From positions 2,144,001 to 2,208,000 of the forward strand of contig CM000153.2 in the NCBI GenBank assembly GCA_000004695.1: a stretch of DNA of 64,000 bases, written 5' to 3'. Both the position numbers and the translations under genes were made by a program. The DNA is from Dictyostelium discoideum (taxonomy: Eukaryota). Position 1 is the stretch's first letter; the number at the start of each line of letters is the position of its first letter. Below are positions 17,334-29,650 of this stretch, piece after piece. The notes beneath the pieces are model-generated. The model was given only the letters and a program-made list of their open reading frames with translations, did not search any database and had not been told where the DNA came from.

Positions 17334-18374
17334 AAGCGCTTACAGTTTTTCTTCTTCTCTTCTTCTTCTTCTTTATTTATTTATTTATGAGGAATGGTAA
17401 ATTTAATGCTCAATCATTTTCCAGATAATAAAATTACAGACTCTCAAAAAAATACTTTATCCCAAAAAAAAAAAAAAAAAGAAAAAAAAAAAAAAAAAAA
17501 AAAAGAAAAAAAAAATAACAAAACAAAACAAAACGAAAAACATTCTCAAAAATTTTTTAGAATTAATAAAAGTTATCTTAAATTAATTAAAATTAAATCT
17601 ATCCTTTTTTTTTTTTATTTTTAAATTTATTTTTTTTATTATTTTTTTTTTTTTTTTTTCCAATTCACTAAAAATTAAAAATAGATTTTTCTTTTGATAT
17701 TTCAAAAATAAAAAATTTGATTCTCAAAACAATCATTTTTGGTGAGTCAATTATGTGATTTGAAGTTTTATTGCTGTTTATATAAAAAAAAAAAAAAAAG
17801 AAAAAAAGAAAAAAAAAAAAGAATAAATGATGACGTTCTAAAAATCTTCTTGCCGAAGTCATCCAGTGGAAATGAATCGGTACTTATGGCAAATTAATAG
17901 AATTGAATATGAAAAAGATTCTTTTTTAAACATTTTCCTTTTTTTAAAAACAATTTTTTTTGATTTTTTTTTGATTTTTTTTGATTTTTTTTTTTTTTTA
18001 AATTTTTTTAATTTTTTTTTTTTAACGAATTGTAAAAAAAAAATAAAAAACAACACATAAACTGTTAATAATTATTTTTTTATTTTTATAATAATTTTTT
18101 ATAATATCATTTATAATTATTACATAAATAAAACTAAACACATGTAAATATTAAAATTTTAATTTTTTTTATCTTTTTTAATATTTTTTTTATTTTTTTT
18201 TTATATTTTTTTATTTTTTTATTTTTTTTATTTTATACATTTGTTTTGATCAATTTTTTTTTTTTTTTTTTATTATTTTCTTCATTAATTGGTGAAAAAG
18301 GGTATATTCATAATAAAAAAAAAAGAAATAAAATATAGTTTCCTAGAATGTAATTTATTTCCCCTTTCGATTTG

Positions 18375-18418
<44 letters not shown>

Positions 18419-18831
18419 CACACATTTTCAAATTTCACAGACAATTTTAGATTTTTTTTTTTTTTTTTTTAAATTTTTTAAATTATTTTTAGCAAAAAAT
18501 AATTAAAAATCCAACACAAAAAAAAAAAAAAAAAATAATATTTTTGTAATACCCCACACCATTTCCTTACATAGATATAAAATTTTTTAAAAAAATTAAT
18601 TTCGATCTTTCAATCTTAAAGATTACCGATGTATTTATATGTACTATCACTATTTTTTATTTTTAATTTTTGTATTATAGAAAAGTGGATTTTTTTTTTT
18701 TTTTTATATGCAGCAGTCAACCATCTAAAATAAAAAAAAATAAAAATAAAAATAAATAATTAAATAAAAAAATGAATTATTATAATAATTTTTTTAAAAA
18801 AAAAGATAATTTACATTTGTTCTATTTTGAC

Positions 18832-18864
<33 letters not shown>

Positions 18865-19224
18865 ATAAAATAAAATAAAATAAATTTTTTTTTTTTTTTT
18901 TCTTAAATATTATCTTCTTATTCGCCATAATACCTCATTAATTGAGACCTACTTTTCAAAGACATAAAATTATTTCTATTATTTTTTGTTTTTTTTTTTT
19001 TTTTTAAACAAAACATAAAAAAAAAAAAAAAAAAAAATAAATTATTACCAAATTTTGCACACACAAAAAAAAAAAAAAAATAAAAAACAAAAAAAAATAA
19101 AAAAAAATAAAAAATAAATATATATAATATGCAAAGTTATATATAGCACATTGACCATTCCCTCAGGTTGTAAATTTATTTTTATTTTCAAAATTAATTT
19201 TTTTTTTTATACACACACTAAAGA

Positions 19225-19315
19225 AATCAAACCCACTTAAATCACATACACAAAACAAACCAATCCCACTTGAATCAATTACACTAAACAAATCAATCCC
19301 ACTTCACAAAAAATT
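19225..19315 (+). promoter_or_regulatory. Three direct copies of an AATCCCACTT-containing ~30 bp A/C-rich motif, about 1 kb upstream of the membrane-protein gene; candidate promoter or 5'-leader element
   Basis: aaatcaaacccacttaaatca / caaaccaatcccacttgaatca / caaatcaatcccacttcacaaaa. The A+C-rich composition is atypical of the surrounding A/T homopolymer intergenic DNA. Confidence 0.3.
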
Positions 19316-19328
19316 AAATTATTTCTTC

Positions 19329-19366
<38 letters not shown>

Positions 19367-20267
19367 ATACCTTATAAATAATAAATTTTTTTTTTTTTAT
19401 TTGTTATTAATTCCAACAATACTATTAATAATTTAATAAAAATAAACAATCAATCAACAATTGGATATTACAAATAATAATAATAATAATAAAAAAATAA
19501 AAATAAATAATTAAACACACAAAAAAAAAAAAAAAAAAAAATAATAATATTTTATATTCACAATTTTTTATATATATTTTTTTTTACCCATTTTACATTC
19601 TATTTAATTTTATTTAAATATTTCCAAATCCACTTCTTTTATTATTATTTTTTATTTTTTTAATTTTTCTTTTCAAATTTAATTATTTAATTAATCATTT
19701 TTATTCTCGGTTTCTACAATTGTTTAGAAACGAATTAAAGAGAATAAAAAACATAACATAGCGTCTAATACAAATAATACTCTTTTAACTAGTAGTAGTA
19801 GTAGTAGTGATAGTGATTCTGACCACGCCGATGAAGACAAATTAGAAGAACAGGATATTGATAATAATAATAATAATAATAATAACAATAATAATATAGA
19901 AGAAAATAAACCACCAGATTTAAATCAAAGTAGTAATAGTGATAGTGATAGTGAAGAATTAGAAACAACATTACAACCACCAACACCACCGCCACCTTAT
20001 TCAGAAGTTGAAAATAATATAGAACCACCACCATTACAAATTAGTTCAAGTGAAACTGACTCGCCAACACATTCATTAGATAGTAGTGACAATAATAGTA
20101 TTGTTGGTTCTGATATAAATAATAAAAGTGATAAAGAAGAAAAATCACCAACTCTTGCTAATAATAATAATAATAATAATAATATAGATAATAATAATAA
20201 AGATAATAGTCAAGATAATAATAAAGATAATAATAATCAAGTTAGTAAACCAATAACAGAGATTGAA

Positions 20268-22028
20268 ATGAGTAGTTTTAGATCAAATCAAAGTGTTAGT
20301 CTTTTACATGATAGACAAAATAAAACATGGCTTTCAACAATTAAGAATCAATTGATACCAACATCAGGTGATGTTAATGCAGTATTTTCAGTGGTATTGG
20401 ATAATTTGGCAAATATAGCATCATTGGTTGGTATTTTACAAGGTGCCTATGGAATGCCAATTGATCTTGTAACAAAGTATTTTATAGCGGGTCCGGCATT
20501 GGCTGTTATGATTGGTAGTATAGCATTGTCGTGTTATGCCATCTATTTGGATTATCATGAAAAGGATCCATCTGTACATTATACTGCAATTCCAGTGGGT
20601 TTAGACGCACCATCAACTATTGGGTTACCTTTGTTAGTGATTGGTCCGGCTTATGCATTGGCAATAAAGAATGGTAGTTCCATACCGGATGCTACAAATA
20701 GTGCTTGGTTAGTTGGTTGCACAACCGTGTTTTTAATTGGCGCATTCAAGGTGTTACTAACGTTGATGAGTTTTGCACAGAAGCAATTCCATCCAGTGGG
20801 CAAAGCCGGCGCATTGGCAGGCATAGGTTTGGCATTGTTAGGCATGAATGAATTGTTAACCGTCGTTGAAGAGCCTGTAGTTGGTTGGGTGTCACTTTGG
20901 ATACTTTTGTTGATACTAATTCACAGACAGAATAAACATGGTGAAACGGTTGGAATTTCATTGCCATTCAATTTGTCGGGTGTTTTACTCTCTGCTTTGG
21001 TGGGTTCCGCAATCTATTATTTCATGGCAGGTGTACATATTTCCGTGGACCCAATGCCAAGTGGTGTCACTGATAACTACGAATTGACCTATCCACATCC
21101 ATCAAATATTTTCAAATCGTTCGCTGATGCAATTAAACAAAATATCTCCATTGCTATACCATATGCCATCCTTGTGAATATCGGGTCATTGACAATCACT
21201 GATAGTGCAAATAATGTCGGTAATGCATACAATACACGTTGGGTATTATTGATTGATTCATTTTCAACAATCATTGGTAGTTTCTTTGGAAGTACAGTTC
21301 AAACCACACCATACATTGGTCATACAGTTTTCCATACTAATTTTAAAGCACGTTCTGGTTATTCCTTAATTAGTGGTTTAATCATTGGTTTGGGTGGTTT
21401 CTTTGGTTATCTTGGTTTCCTCACTAAAATCTTACCAAAGCCAGCAATCATACCAATTTTCATTTTCATTGCATTTGAAATTTGTTCAGACACTTTCCAC
21501 AATACTAAAGGTATTAAACCACATCATTGCGCTGCTGTGGTTTGGAGTTTCTTCCCATCGTTATTCCAATTTTGTAATATTTACATTAGTCAAATCTCAC
21601 CAGTTTTATCAAATTGTATCACTGATCCAAATTCAGTGGCTACTACATTAGGTTTACAACCATCTTTAATTCAATCACTTGGTAATATAATGATAATGGC
21701 TCATGGTTTCATTTGTACTTCTTTGTTTTGGGGTACTTCTTTAGCTTATATTTTGGATAATCGTTTGAAGAAAGCTTCAATATTTTTAGCAATAACTGGT
21801 GTCTTAACTTTCTTTGGTGTCATTCATTCTGTCAATCCAAATGGTGAGGTTTATTTACCTTGGAATTGTGGTTCAACAATTCCTTATCAATGGACTGCTG
21901 CTTACTTTTTAATTGCTGCTATCACTTTTGCTTTCTCTTTCATTAAAGCAAAACCATTTCATTCAACTTTAACTGATGAAATTGGTGCAATTCAAGCTAA
22001 TGATAATTTTTATTCAAAATCATTTTAA
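20268..22028 (+). CDS. Polytopic membrane protein (about 12-14 predicted TM helices), putative permease/transporter of uncertain family; 586 aa from ATG 20268. The same frame is open upstream to 19728.
   Basis: Long ORF in the track with many hydrophobic stretches (LIGAFKVLLTLMSF, GIGLALLGMNELL, ISGLIIGLGGFFGYLGF, and others). Codon usage is unusually GC-rich for this genome (ccg, tcg, gcc, ggc and ttg are frequent; the body is roughly 40-45% GC). A Ser/Asp/Asn/Pro-rich in-frame extension with AT-rich codons precedes the ATG. Confidence 0.6.
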   Translation: MSSFRSNQSVSLLHDRQNKTWLSTIKNQLIPTSGDVNAVFSVVLDNLANIASLVGILQGAYGMPIDLVTKYFIAGPALAVMIGSIALSCYAIYLDYHEKDPSVHYTAIPVGLDAPSTIGLPLLVIGPAYALAIKNGSSIPDATNSAWLVGCTTVFLIGAFKVLLTLMSFAQKQFHPVGKAGALAGIGLALLGMNELLTVVEEPVVGWVSLWILLLILIHRQNKHGETVGISLPFNLSGVLLSALVGSAIYYFMAGVHISVDPMPSGVTDNYELTYPHPSNIFKSFADAIKQNISIAIPYAILVNIGSLTITDSANNVGNAYNTRWVLLIDSFSTIIGSFFGSTVQTTPYIGHTVFHTNFKARSGYSLISGLIIGLGGFFGYLGFLTKILPKPAIIPIFIFIAFEICSDTFHNTKGIKPHHCAAVVWSFFPSLFQFCNIYISQISPVLSNCITDPNSVATTLGLQPSLIQSLGNIMIMAHGFICTSLFWGTSLAYILDNRLKKASIFLAITGVLTFFGVIHSVNPNGEVYLPWNCGSTIPYQWTAAYFLIAAITFAFSFIKAKPFHSTLTDEIGAIQANDNFYSKSF

Positions 22029-23049
22029 AATTAAATTAAAAAAAAAATATAGATATAAAATAAAATAAAATAAAATAAAAAAAAAAATAAAAAAAAAAAT
22101 AAAAAAAATTTAAAATTATAATAATAATAATAATATAAATTTAATTCAATGTTTAAATTATTTTATTTGTTTATTAAATTTTTTTTTTTTTTTTTTTTTT
22201 TTTAAAAATACTCATGTTTTCATTTCAACAATAAAATTATTATAAAATTATAATAATAATAATAAAATAAATTTAATTTAATAATTTTATTTTTTTTTAT
22301 TTTTTAATAATTTTTTTTTTTTTTTGTTTCAAATTGAATAATTTATTAAAAAATAAAAAAAAATTATTAAACAAAAATAAATGGGTCACACAACATTAGA
22401 TATATGTTATTTTTTTTTTTTTTATTATTATTATTTATTTTTTTTTTTTTTAATTAAAAATAGAAATATGGGTTTTTTTTTTTTTTTTTAATTTTTTAAC
22501 CCAATTTTTTACATAAAAAATAATTTTTTTAATTTTTTTTTTAATAAATTTTTTTTTATAGTGGTTGTGGTTTTATTTAAAATGAAAATTCGATTTGTGT
22601 TATATTGGTATAAAAAACTTTAAAATATTTTAATAAAACTATGAAAATTCTCTCAAAATTTGGAAGGATACTTGCATATTGAATAATTTTTTTTTAAAAT
22701 TAAAAAAAAAATAAAAAAATCATTTTTTTTTTTTTTAATTTAAGTTCTCATATTGAAAATACATAAATAGACATTTATTTTTTTTTTTTTCATTTTTTTT
22801 TTTTTTTTTCCTTCCTTTTATTTTTTTTATTTTTTTATTTTCACCCTTTTATTTCCTTTTTTCTAAAAATCTGGAATATTTGGATCTCTATAAATTCCAT
22901 ATTTTTTTTTTTTTTTTTTTCTTTTCTATTCAACATAAAAAAAAAAATAAAGAAATAAAAGTAATAATACAAATAATAAATAAACTATTTTAATTTTTTA
23001 ATATTTTTTTTTTTCAATAACAAAAAAAAAAAAAACCATTTTGATATCA

Positions 23050-23099
<50 letters not shown>

Positions 23100-23102
<3 letters not shown>

Positions 23103-25656
23103 TTAAGATTTAATTTTAAACATTTAATATTTTTTATTTCAACAATTTTAGTATTTTTATTATCATTTATTTTATCAAATTATATAAAAGCATTGTTATT
23201 ATCATCATTTGATATTGATGTTTATTCAAAATATATTAAATCACCGAATCAATCAATGATTAGTTATTTTAGAATTAAAGAAAATGCTGACTCATTTCAA
23301 TCAGACTCAAATGATGGTATTATAAAGAGTACAATTGATGAAGTTCAATTAAAAAATCAAATTGAGAATTATCAAGATAAAAATTTTCAATTAAAAAGTT
23401 TTTTAGTTAAAAATCAATTTTTTATAATATTTTTAATTTTACAAAGTATTTTATCAGTCATTTTAATACCAAATCTTTATTTCACCCCTTTTACTTTAAA
23501 TGTACTTGTAAATAGATTTACATTTGAATTTCTTCAACATCAATATATTATTTTAACCAAAATTAGATTATTTGAATATTATGGTATTTATTCTCAAAAT
23601 AGATTATTGGATGATCTATCATTATCATTTAGAAAGAAACAAAAAGCTTTATTAAAAAAGAATTTAAATTTCTTAAAATCATTTAAAAGTAAAGTTTTTA
23701 AAGATTTGGAAAAGAGAAAAGAAAATTCAATGCAAAATTGGATTACTTATACAACACTAGAATGGTTTTTAACTACATCCTCATTTGGTTATGATTTAAT
23801 GATTTACATTTATCCATTATTCATTTATAATCCTTTAATTTATCCAACTAATCAATTTAGAGGTTGTATTGTTGCTTATGTTAAAACATTAACAATTATA
23901 CAAAGAGTAAATATATAAATATTTTTTGAAATTTTATTTATATTTATATGTATTAAAATTTTTTTATTTTTTTTTATTTTTTTTAGTTATCAACAGAATC
24001 AGAAATTAAAGATTATATTAAAAGAATCCAACATTCTGTAGAATATATTGATGGTTGTATAATTGATTTAAAAAAGAGAGAGAAAAAAGGAGTTTTACCA
24101 TGTGTTGATTCAATTATTGGAATTTGTAAACATTTAGAAAAAACAATTTATTGTGATAAAAGTAATCCAAAAAATCATTTTATTTATAAATTAGTATCTG
24201 TACATCTCCAAGGTTTACCAGATGAAGATATTGGTGAATATAAAAGAAAAGTACTCTTAGATCATACTTTAGGTGCAATTGTTAATTTTTTTATGCCTGC
24301 AATTAGAAAACTAATAAGATATCATTACAGTTTAATTCCAATTGCTCCAAAAGAAATAGGTGTAAGTTTTTATTTTATATTCTATTTAATATTATTTATA
24401 ATATTAATTGCTAACAATAATATATTATTAAAATTAATTAAAATTGAATAAAAAAAGTTATGGAGAATACCAAATGGTGATGATATTTATAGATTTCATA
24501 TTTATTATTTTACATCAACAACAATGCATCCAATGGATTTACAAGAATTAGGTTTAAAAGAAATTGAATCTTGTAAAAAGAAAATAATTGAATTGGTACA
24601 ACCAGAGTATATTTTTTGTAAAGGTTATGAAAGTTTTGGTGATTTTATTAGAAGATTATTTAATGATCCTGAATTTCATTTCTCTTTCACAAAAAAGGGA
24701 AGAAGAGATGCAGTACATCAATTAAAAAATTCAATTACAAGAGCATGGGAAAAAAGTAAAGATTTATTTTATGAATATCCTGAAAGTCCAATTAATATAG
24801 ATTATTATACAATTTTCTCTGATGTTTCATATAATTATCAAGCTGGTCCATGGGATGGTGTAAATATTTTAATTAATTTTATTTTATTTTATTTTTAAAT
24901 ATAAAATATACTAATTAATTAATTTATATATGTAGAGTGAAAATCCAAGAATTTCAATTAATTTCGATAGAGAAATTACTTATTCAAAATTAATGAATAA
25001 AGGTTGTGCATTTAGAGAAGGTGTACCAGGTCATCATTTACAATTAGAAGCATTTAAAAATTCAAATTTAGATTTCTTTAGAAAAAATTTGGTATGTAAT
25101 AATATAATTTTAATTTAAATTAAAAACATTATTTATTATTTATTGTTTTTTTTTTTATATAAATATTTAGATTTCAAATTCATTTTTTAATGGATGGGGA
25201 TTATATGCAGAATTATTAACAATTGAAAATGGTTGGATGGATAATAAATGGGAAGTGTTGGGACATTATTTAATGGATTTAAGAATTAGTGCAAAATTAG
25301 TAGCAGATTGTTCAATTCATTACCAAGGTATTAAATGGGATACAAAAACTGCATGTTCATTTTTTGAAGAATTAGGTTTTAGCAATAGAGAAGCAGAATT
25401 AGAAGTAAAATGTATATCATCATTACCAGGAACTGGATTATCACAAAAAGTAGGTCAAGTTAAACTTTTAGAAATGAGAGAATTTGCAGAACAAGAATTG
25501 GGTGATAAATTTGATATTAAAGAGTTTCATAGTGTAATTTTAGAGAATGGTTCTCTACCTTTAGATATTTTGGCACAAGTTAATCAATATTGGATAATTG
25601 AAAAAAAACAAAATAATAATCCATTCCCTTCATTATTTAAAAATAAAACTAATATT

Positions 25657-25729
<73 letters not shown>

Positions 25730-25809
25730 TTAATAATAATAGTGGCAGTAGTGGAAGTAGTGGAAGTAATGTTAAACCCGAAAAATATGAAAGTTATAAA
25801 GATAAATAA
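23100..25809 (+). CDS. DUF885-family protein (bacterial-type, putative secreted/membrane metallopeptidase-like); 5 exons: 23100-23906, 23987-24361, 24458-24859, 24936-25091, 25171-25809; ~792 aa
   Basis: The exon 4/5 translation contains the DUF885 hallmark motifs GCAFREGVPGHHLQLEAF and FFNGWGLYAELL. The N-terminus has a hydrophobic signal/anchor (LIFFISTILVFLLSFIL). Donors are GTAAAT, GTAAGT, GTAAAT and GTATGT, acceptors are all AG, and frames are conserved. The C-terminus has a poly-N/GSS tail. Confidence 0.7.
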
Positions 25810-26032
25810 ATAAAAAATTTACCTTTATTAATAAATGTTAATTTCTTTTTTTTTTTTTTTTTTTATTTTTTTTTTTTTTTTTTTTTATTTTATTTTTTTT
25901 TTTTTTTATATCGTCCCTAATAACATATTAGATTGTTTAGAAAAAATAATTTGTAAATATATATATATATGAGAGTAAATGTACAACTGTTATAGATTTT
26001 TTTTTTTTTTGTTATTATTATAATTATTATTA

Positions 26033-26567
26033 TTATTTTTGAATCATTGGTTTAATTGGAGTAATTGGATGTTCAATCTCTAAAATTGAAGGATCAGGAT
26101 TTTTGATAAAAATTTGTTGAAAGAATGAAATTAAATTAAATACAATAGTATTTGCATTTGCAATTTCTTGGATGTCACCTTTTTCAATATTTGGTCTTAA
26201 TAAACTAGGGCCATATACAATTGATAAATTACTTGGAGTCATTAAATTTTCTTTAGAGTTTAATGAAATATCATGTAATAAAGATATACATTCATAAAGA
26301 ATTGTATATTGGAAATTTGGAATTGAATTAACAACTGCTTTTAATGCTGCTGCTTTTTCAGTTGCATCTGTAATATTATTTTGAATTCTATAAAATTCTG
26401 TAATTCTATTTAAAAATAAAAAAATATATATATAATTAATATTAATTAAAATATATAATTATTAATAGTATTAATAAATATTTAATACATACTGTTCATC
26501 TGGAATAACTGAATGAGGTAAATATCTAAAATATGATTTGAAAATACATGCAACTATAGTTTTTTTG

Positions 26568-26624
<57 letters not shown>

Positions 26625-27619
26625 GTTAATAAAATATTAATAATTTAAAATTAAAATTAAGTATATATATATTTACCTTCATAAATCCAATTTGGATCTA
26701 AATCTTCAACTGAAGTAATTAAACCTTTATCGAATTTTGATTGAATTTCATCGATTAAAAATTTTGATCCGCTAATCCTAAAGATTCCTTCAATATTTTT
26801 TCTTCTTGAAATGAATTCAATGCAAACTTTTAAAAGATGTGGAATACCTTTTTCTTTGGCAGTTTTAAAAGATTCTTCCAATTCTACAGCAAAGAAAATG
26901 GTTGGAATTTCTGCTGAAACTGTTATCATCTCCTCTTCTTTTGGTGATGATTTCATTGCATCAAGTACTGTAATTGGTGTATTATAAATACCTTGAGTTG
27001 TGTATGAAAAGAATTCCAATACTCCTACTGCTGGTAAAATTACAACACTATAATAAATAATAATAATAAATAATAATAAAATTAATAATTGAAAAAAAAA
27101 AAAAAAAAAAAAAAGAGTTGATTTAATTATGTTTACATACCCACTAACACCTTTTGCTACACCTTTGACAAAACCACCCAATCCATTGTTTTTGGCACCT
27201 AGATATGGTTGTTCAACAATACCTTTAGCACCATTAACAACACCAACACCAATACTCCATACACCTCTTAATGCACCATCAACAAATGTTTTTGGTTTTA
27301 CTGGTGTAGTTGATGTTGATGATGATGATGGATTACTAGAACTACTATCAACTGATGAATTATCGTCAATTTCATTATTTTCTGCAACTTTTGATACTTG
27401 TTGATCTGTATTTGCTGTTGTTGTTGTTGTTGTTGTTGTTGTTGATATACTCTTTAAATTTCCAAAAAAGGTATTTGATCCTCTTTTTTTTTTTTTTTTT
27501 TTTTTTATTTTAATATTGGATATTTTTAATTAGATATTTTTAATTAGATATTTATTTTTTACATACTTTGAAAAATTATCACTTCCTTTTCTATATACAT
27601 TTTGATCTTTACTCTCCAT
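26033..27619 (-). CDS. RhoGAP domain protein; 5 exons: 27619-27567, 27482-27141, 27047-26677, 26553-26493, 26405-26033; ~399 aa
   Basis: The RhoGAP domain is reconstructed across exons 3-5. GIPHLLKVCIEFISRRKNIEGIFRISGSKFLIDEIQSKFDKG carries the arginine-finger region IFRISGS. VACIFKSYFRYLPHSVIPDE fits the AslLKlyLReLPePL helix. MTPSNLSIVYGPSLLRP fits the NLAiVFgPtLlr motif. Donors are GTATGT or GTAAAT, and intron 3 carries a 52-nt poly(A/T) tract. Confidence 0.8.
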
Positions 27620-28314
27620 TTTTTTTTTATTTATATTTTATTAATTTCTATTATATGAATGAATTTATAAATATTTTATTATTATATTTTTTTTTTTTTG
27701 TTTTTTTTTGGTTCTTTTATACTGTTTTTATTTTGTTTTTTGTTTTTTTTTTAAAGAGATTTTATAATTGTTTTCAAAAGAAAAGAAAAAAATAAAAAAA
27801 AAATGGTTTGGTTCCAAGGGTTTGTTTTAAATTAAAAAATAAAAAATAAAAAAAATTAAAAAAAAAATAAAAAAAAAAATGAAATTAAGTCGCGTTCCAC
27901 GCAAAAATTTAATACCCATGTAAAAGAATCTTTTTATTATGGATTTCTTATATCCATTTTCATTGAATTTTTTAAAATTTTAATCTTTAAAAAAAAATAA
28001 AAAAAATAAAAAAAAATAATAATAATATTAAAAAACAATAATTAATAAAACTAAAAATAACTTTTTTTAAAAAAAAAAAATAATAGAGTAATAAAAAATA
28101 AATAAAAAAAAATAAAAAAAATAAAAATAAAAAATAAAAAAAAAAAAAAAATTAAAAAAAAAAAAAATAAAAAAAAAATAAAAAAAAGTTTTAATTCTCG
28201 AAATTACATAAACTATCTTCATTATACCAAAACATTTATACATAATATACAGAATAAATCAAACCTATAGATATTATTATTATTGTTACCTTTATAATTA
28301 TTATATTTAAAAGA

Positions 28315-29545
28315 ATGTCAGAAAAAGAAACAATTGAATCATTAAAAGAAGAGATTGAAATACATGATAGAAATAAAAGTAATAAAGGATATTTACCAAA
28401 AGAATCATATAACCAAGTTACATACGATTATTCAAAAGAAGAAGAACAAGCTAAACTTGCACATTTACCAAAAAAATATTTAAAAGAATCTGAAAATGAT
28501 GATAAACATTTTATAGACCCACTAGCTAATTTAACACCAGCTCAAAGAAAAGTTTATGAATTAAGAAAGAAATTAGTAAGTTTTTTTTTTATATTTATTT
28601 TTATTATATATATATATATATCTTTCTCTTTCTCTTTCTCTTTCTCTTTCTCTTTCCTCTCTCTTCCCTCTTTCTCTTTCCCTCTCTTCCTCTTTCTCTC
28701 TTCCCTCTTTCTCTTTCACTCTTTCTCTTTCACTCTTTCTCTTTCACTCTTTCTCTTTCACTCTTTCTCTTTCACTCTTTCTCTTTCACTCTTTCTCTTT
28801 CACTCTTTCTCTTTCACTCTCTCTTTCCCTCTTCCTCTTTCTCTCTTTCCCTCTCTCTCTTTCTCTCTTGCCCTTTTTTTTATTTTAGAAATATTAATTT
28901 TTTTTTTTTTTTTTTTAAAAAAAGGAAACAACAAAAAGTGTAATATATAAAAGTGTAGTTGATGAACATAAAAGGATACATCAAGGAGCACAAGATGAAA
29001 TTGAAGAAAAGAAAAGATTATATAAAGAGAAAATTAAACAAGAAGAAGAAGAAATGAAGAAACAAGGATTAGATCCTCAAAAAGAAAGATTAAAAAATCA
29101 AATAGCCGAAGAAATTAAACCAAACAAAAAAGAGAAAAAGAAAGATTCAATAGTAAAAGATAAAAGTAATACATATTCAGATGAACATGTTTATAATTCC
29201 TATAAGAAAAGGGTGAAAGAAATGGAGAAATTTCATAATAGTGAACATTTTAAAAAGGTTGTTTCAAATGAAGATGTCAAAGAATCTGGTGATTCAATTA
29301 ATAATAATAAATATGAATATGGTAAATCAATTGAAATACCACGTGATAATATTAATGCAATGAAACAAGAGTTATTGAAAAATCAAGAAAATCGTCGTAG
29401 CTTTAAAAGAAAATCATTTAAAGAAGAAGAAGATATCAACTATATCAATGAAGAAAATAGACTTTTCAATCAAAAAGTTTCACGTGCTTATGATAAATAT
29501 ACTGTTGAAACTAGACAAAATTTAGAAAGAGGTACAGCTCTTTAA
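28315..29545 (+). CDS. syf2: Pre-mRNA splicing factor SYF2; 2 exons: 28315-28575 and 28925-29545; ~293 aa
   Basis: The C-terminus ([40 protein letters not shown]) matches the SYF2 signature [34 protein letters not shown]. The 349-nt intron (GTAAGT ... aaaaag) is filled with a CT-rich tandem repeat. Confidence 0.85.
28605..28870 (+). repeat. CT-rich tandem repeat (TCTCTT/CTTTCT units, including about 7 copies of the 14-mer CACTCTTTCTCTTT) inside the syf2 intron
   Basis: Direct reading of the sequence: ctttcactctttctctttcactctttctctttcac... Confidence 0.9.
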
Positions 29546-29650
29546 AAAAAAAAAAAAACAACAACACAATAAATTAATTAAAAATAATTAATATTGTGTA
29601 CTTCATATTACTTTTTATAATTTTATTTTATCTTTTATTTTATCTTTTAT

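Noticed and set aside
28576-28950. Read-through of the syf2 ORF (FSFSFSFS... in the track ORF 28315-28950)
   Set aside because: This is translation of the CT-repeat intron. A GTAAGT donor at 28576 and a homology-supported downstream exon show it is intronic.
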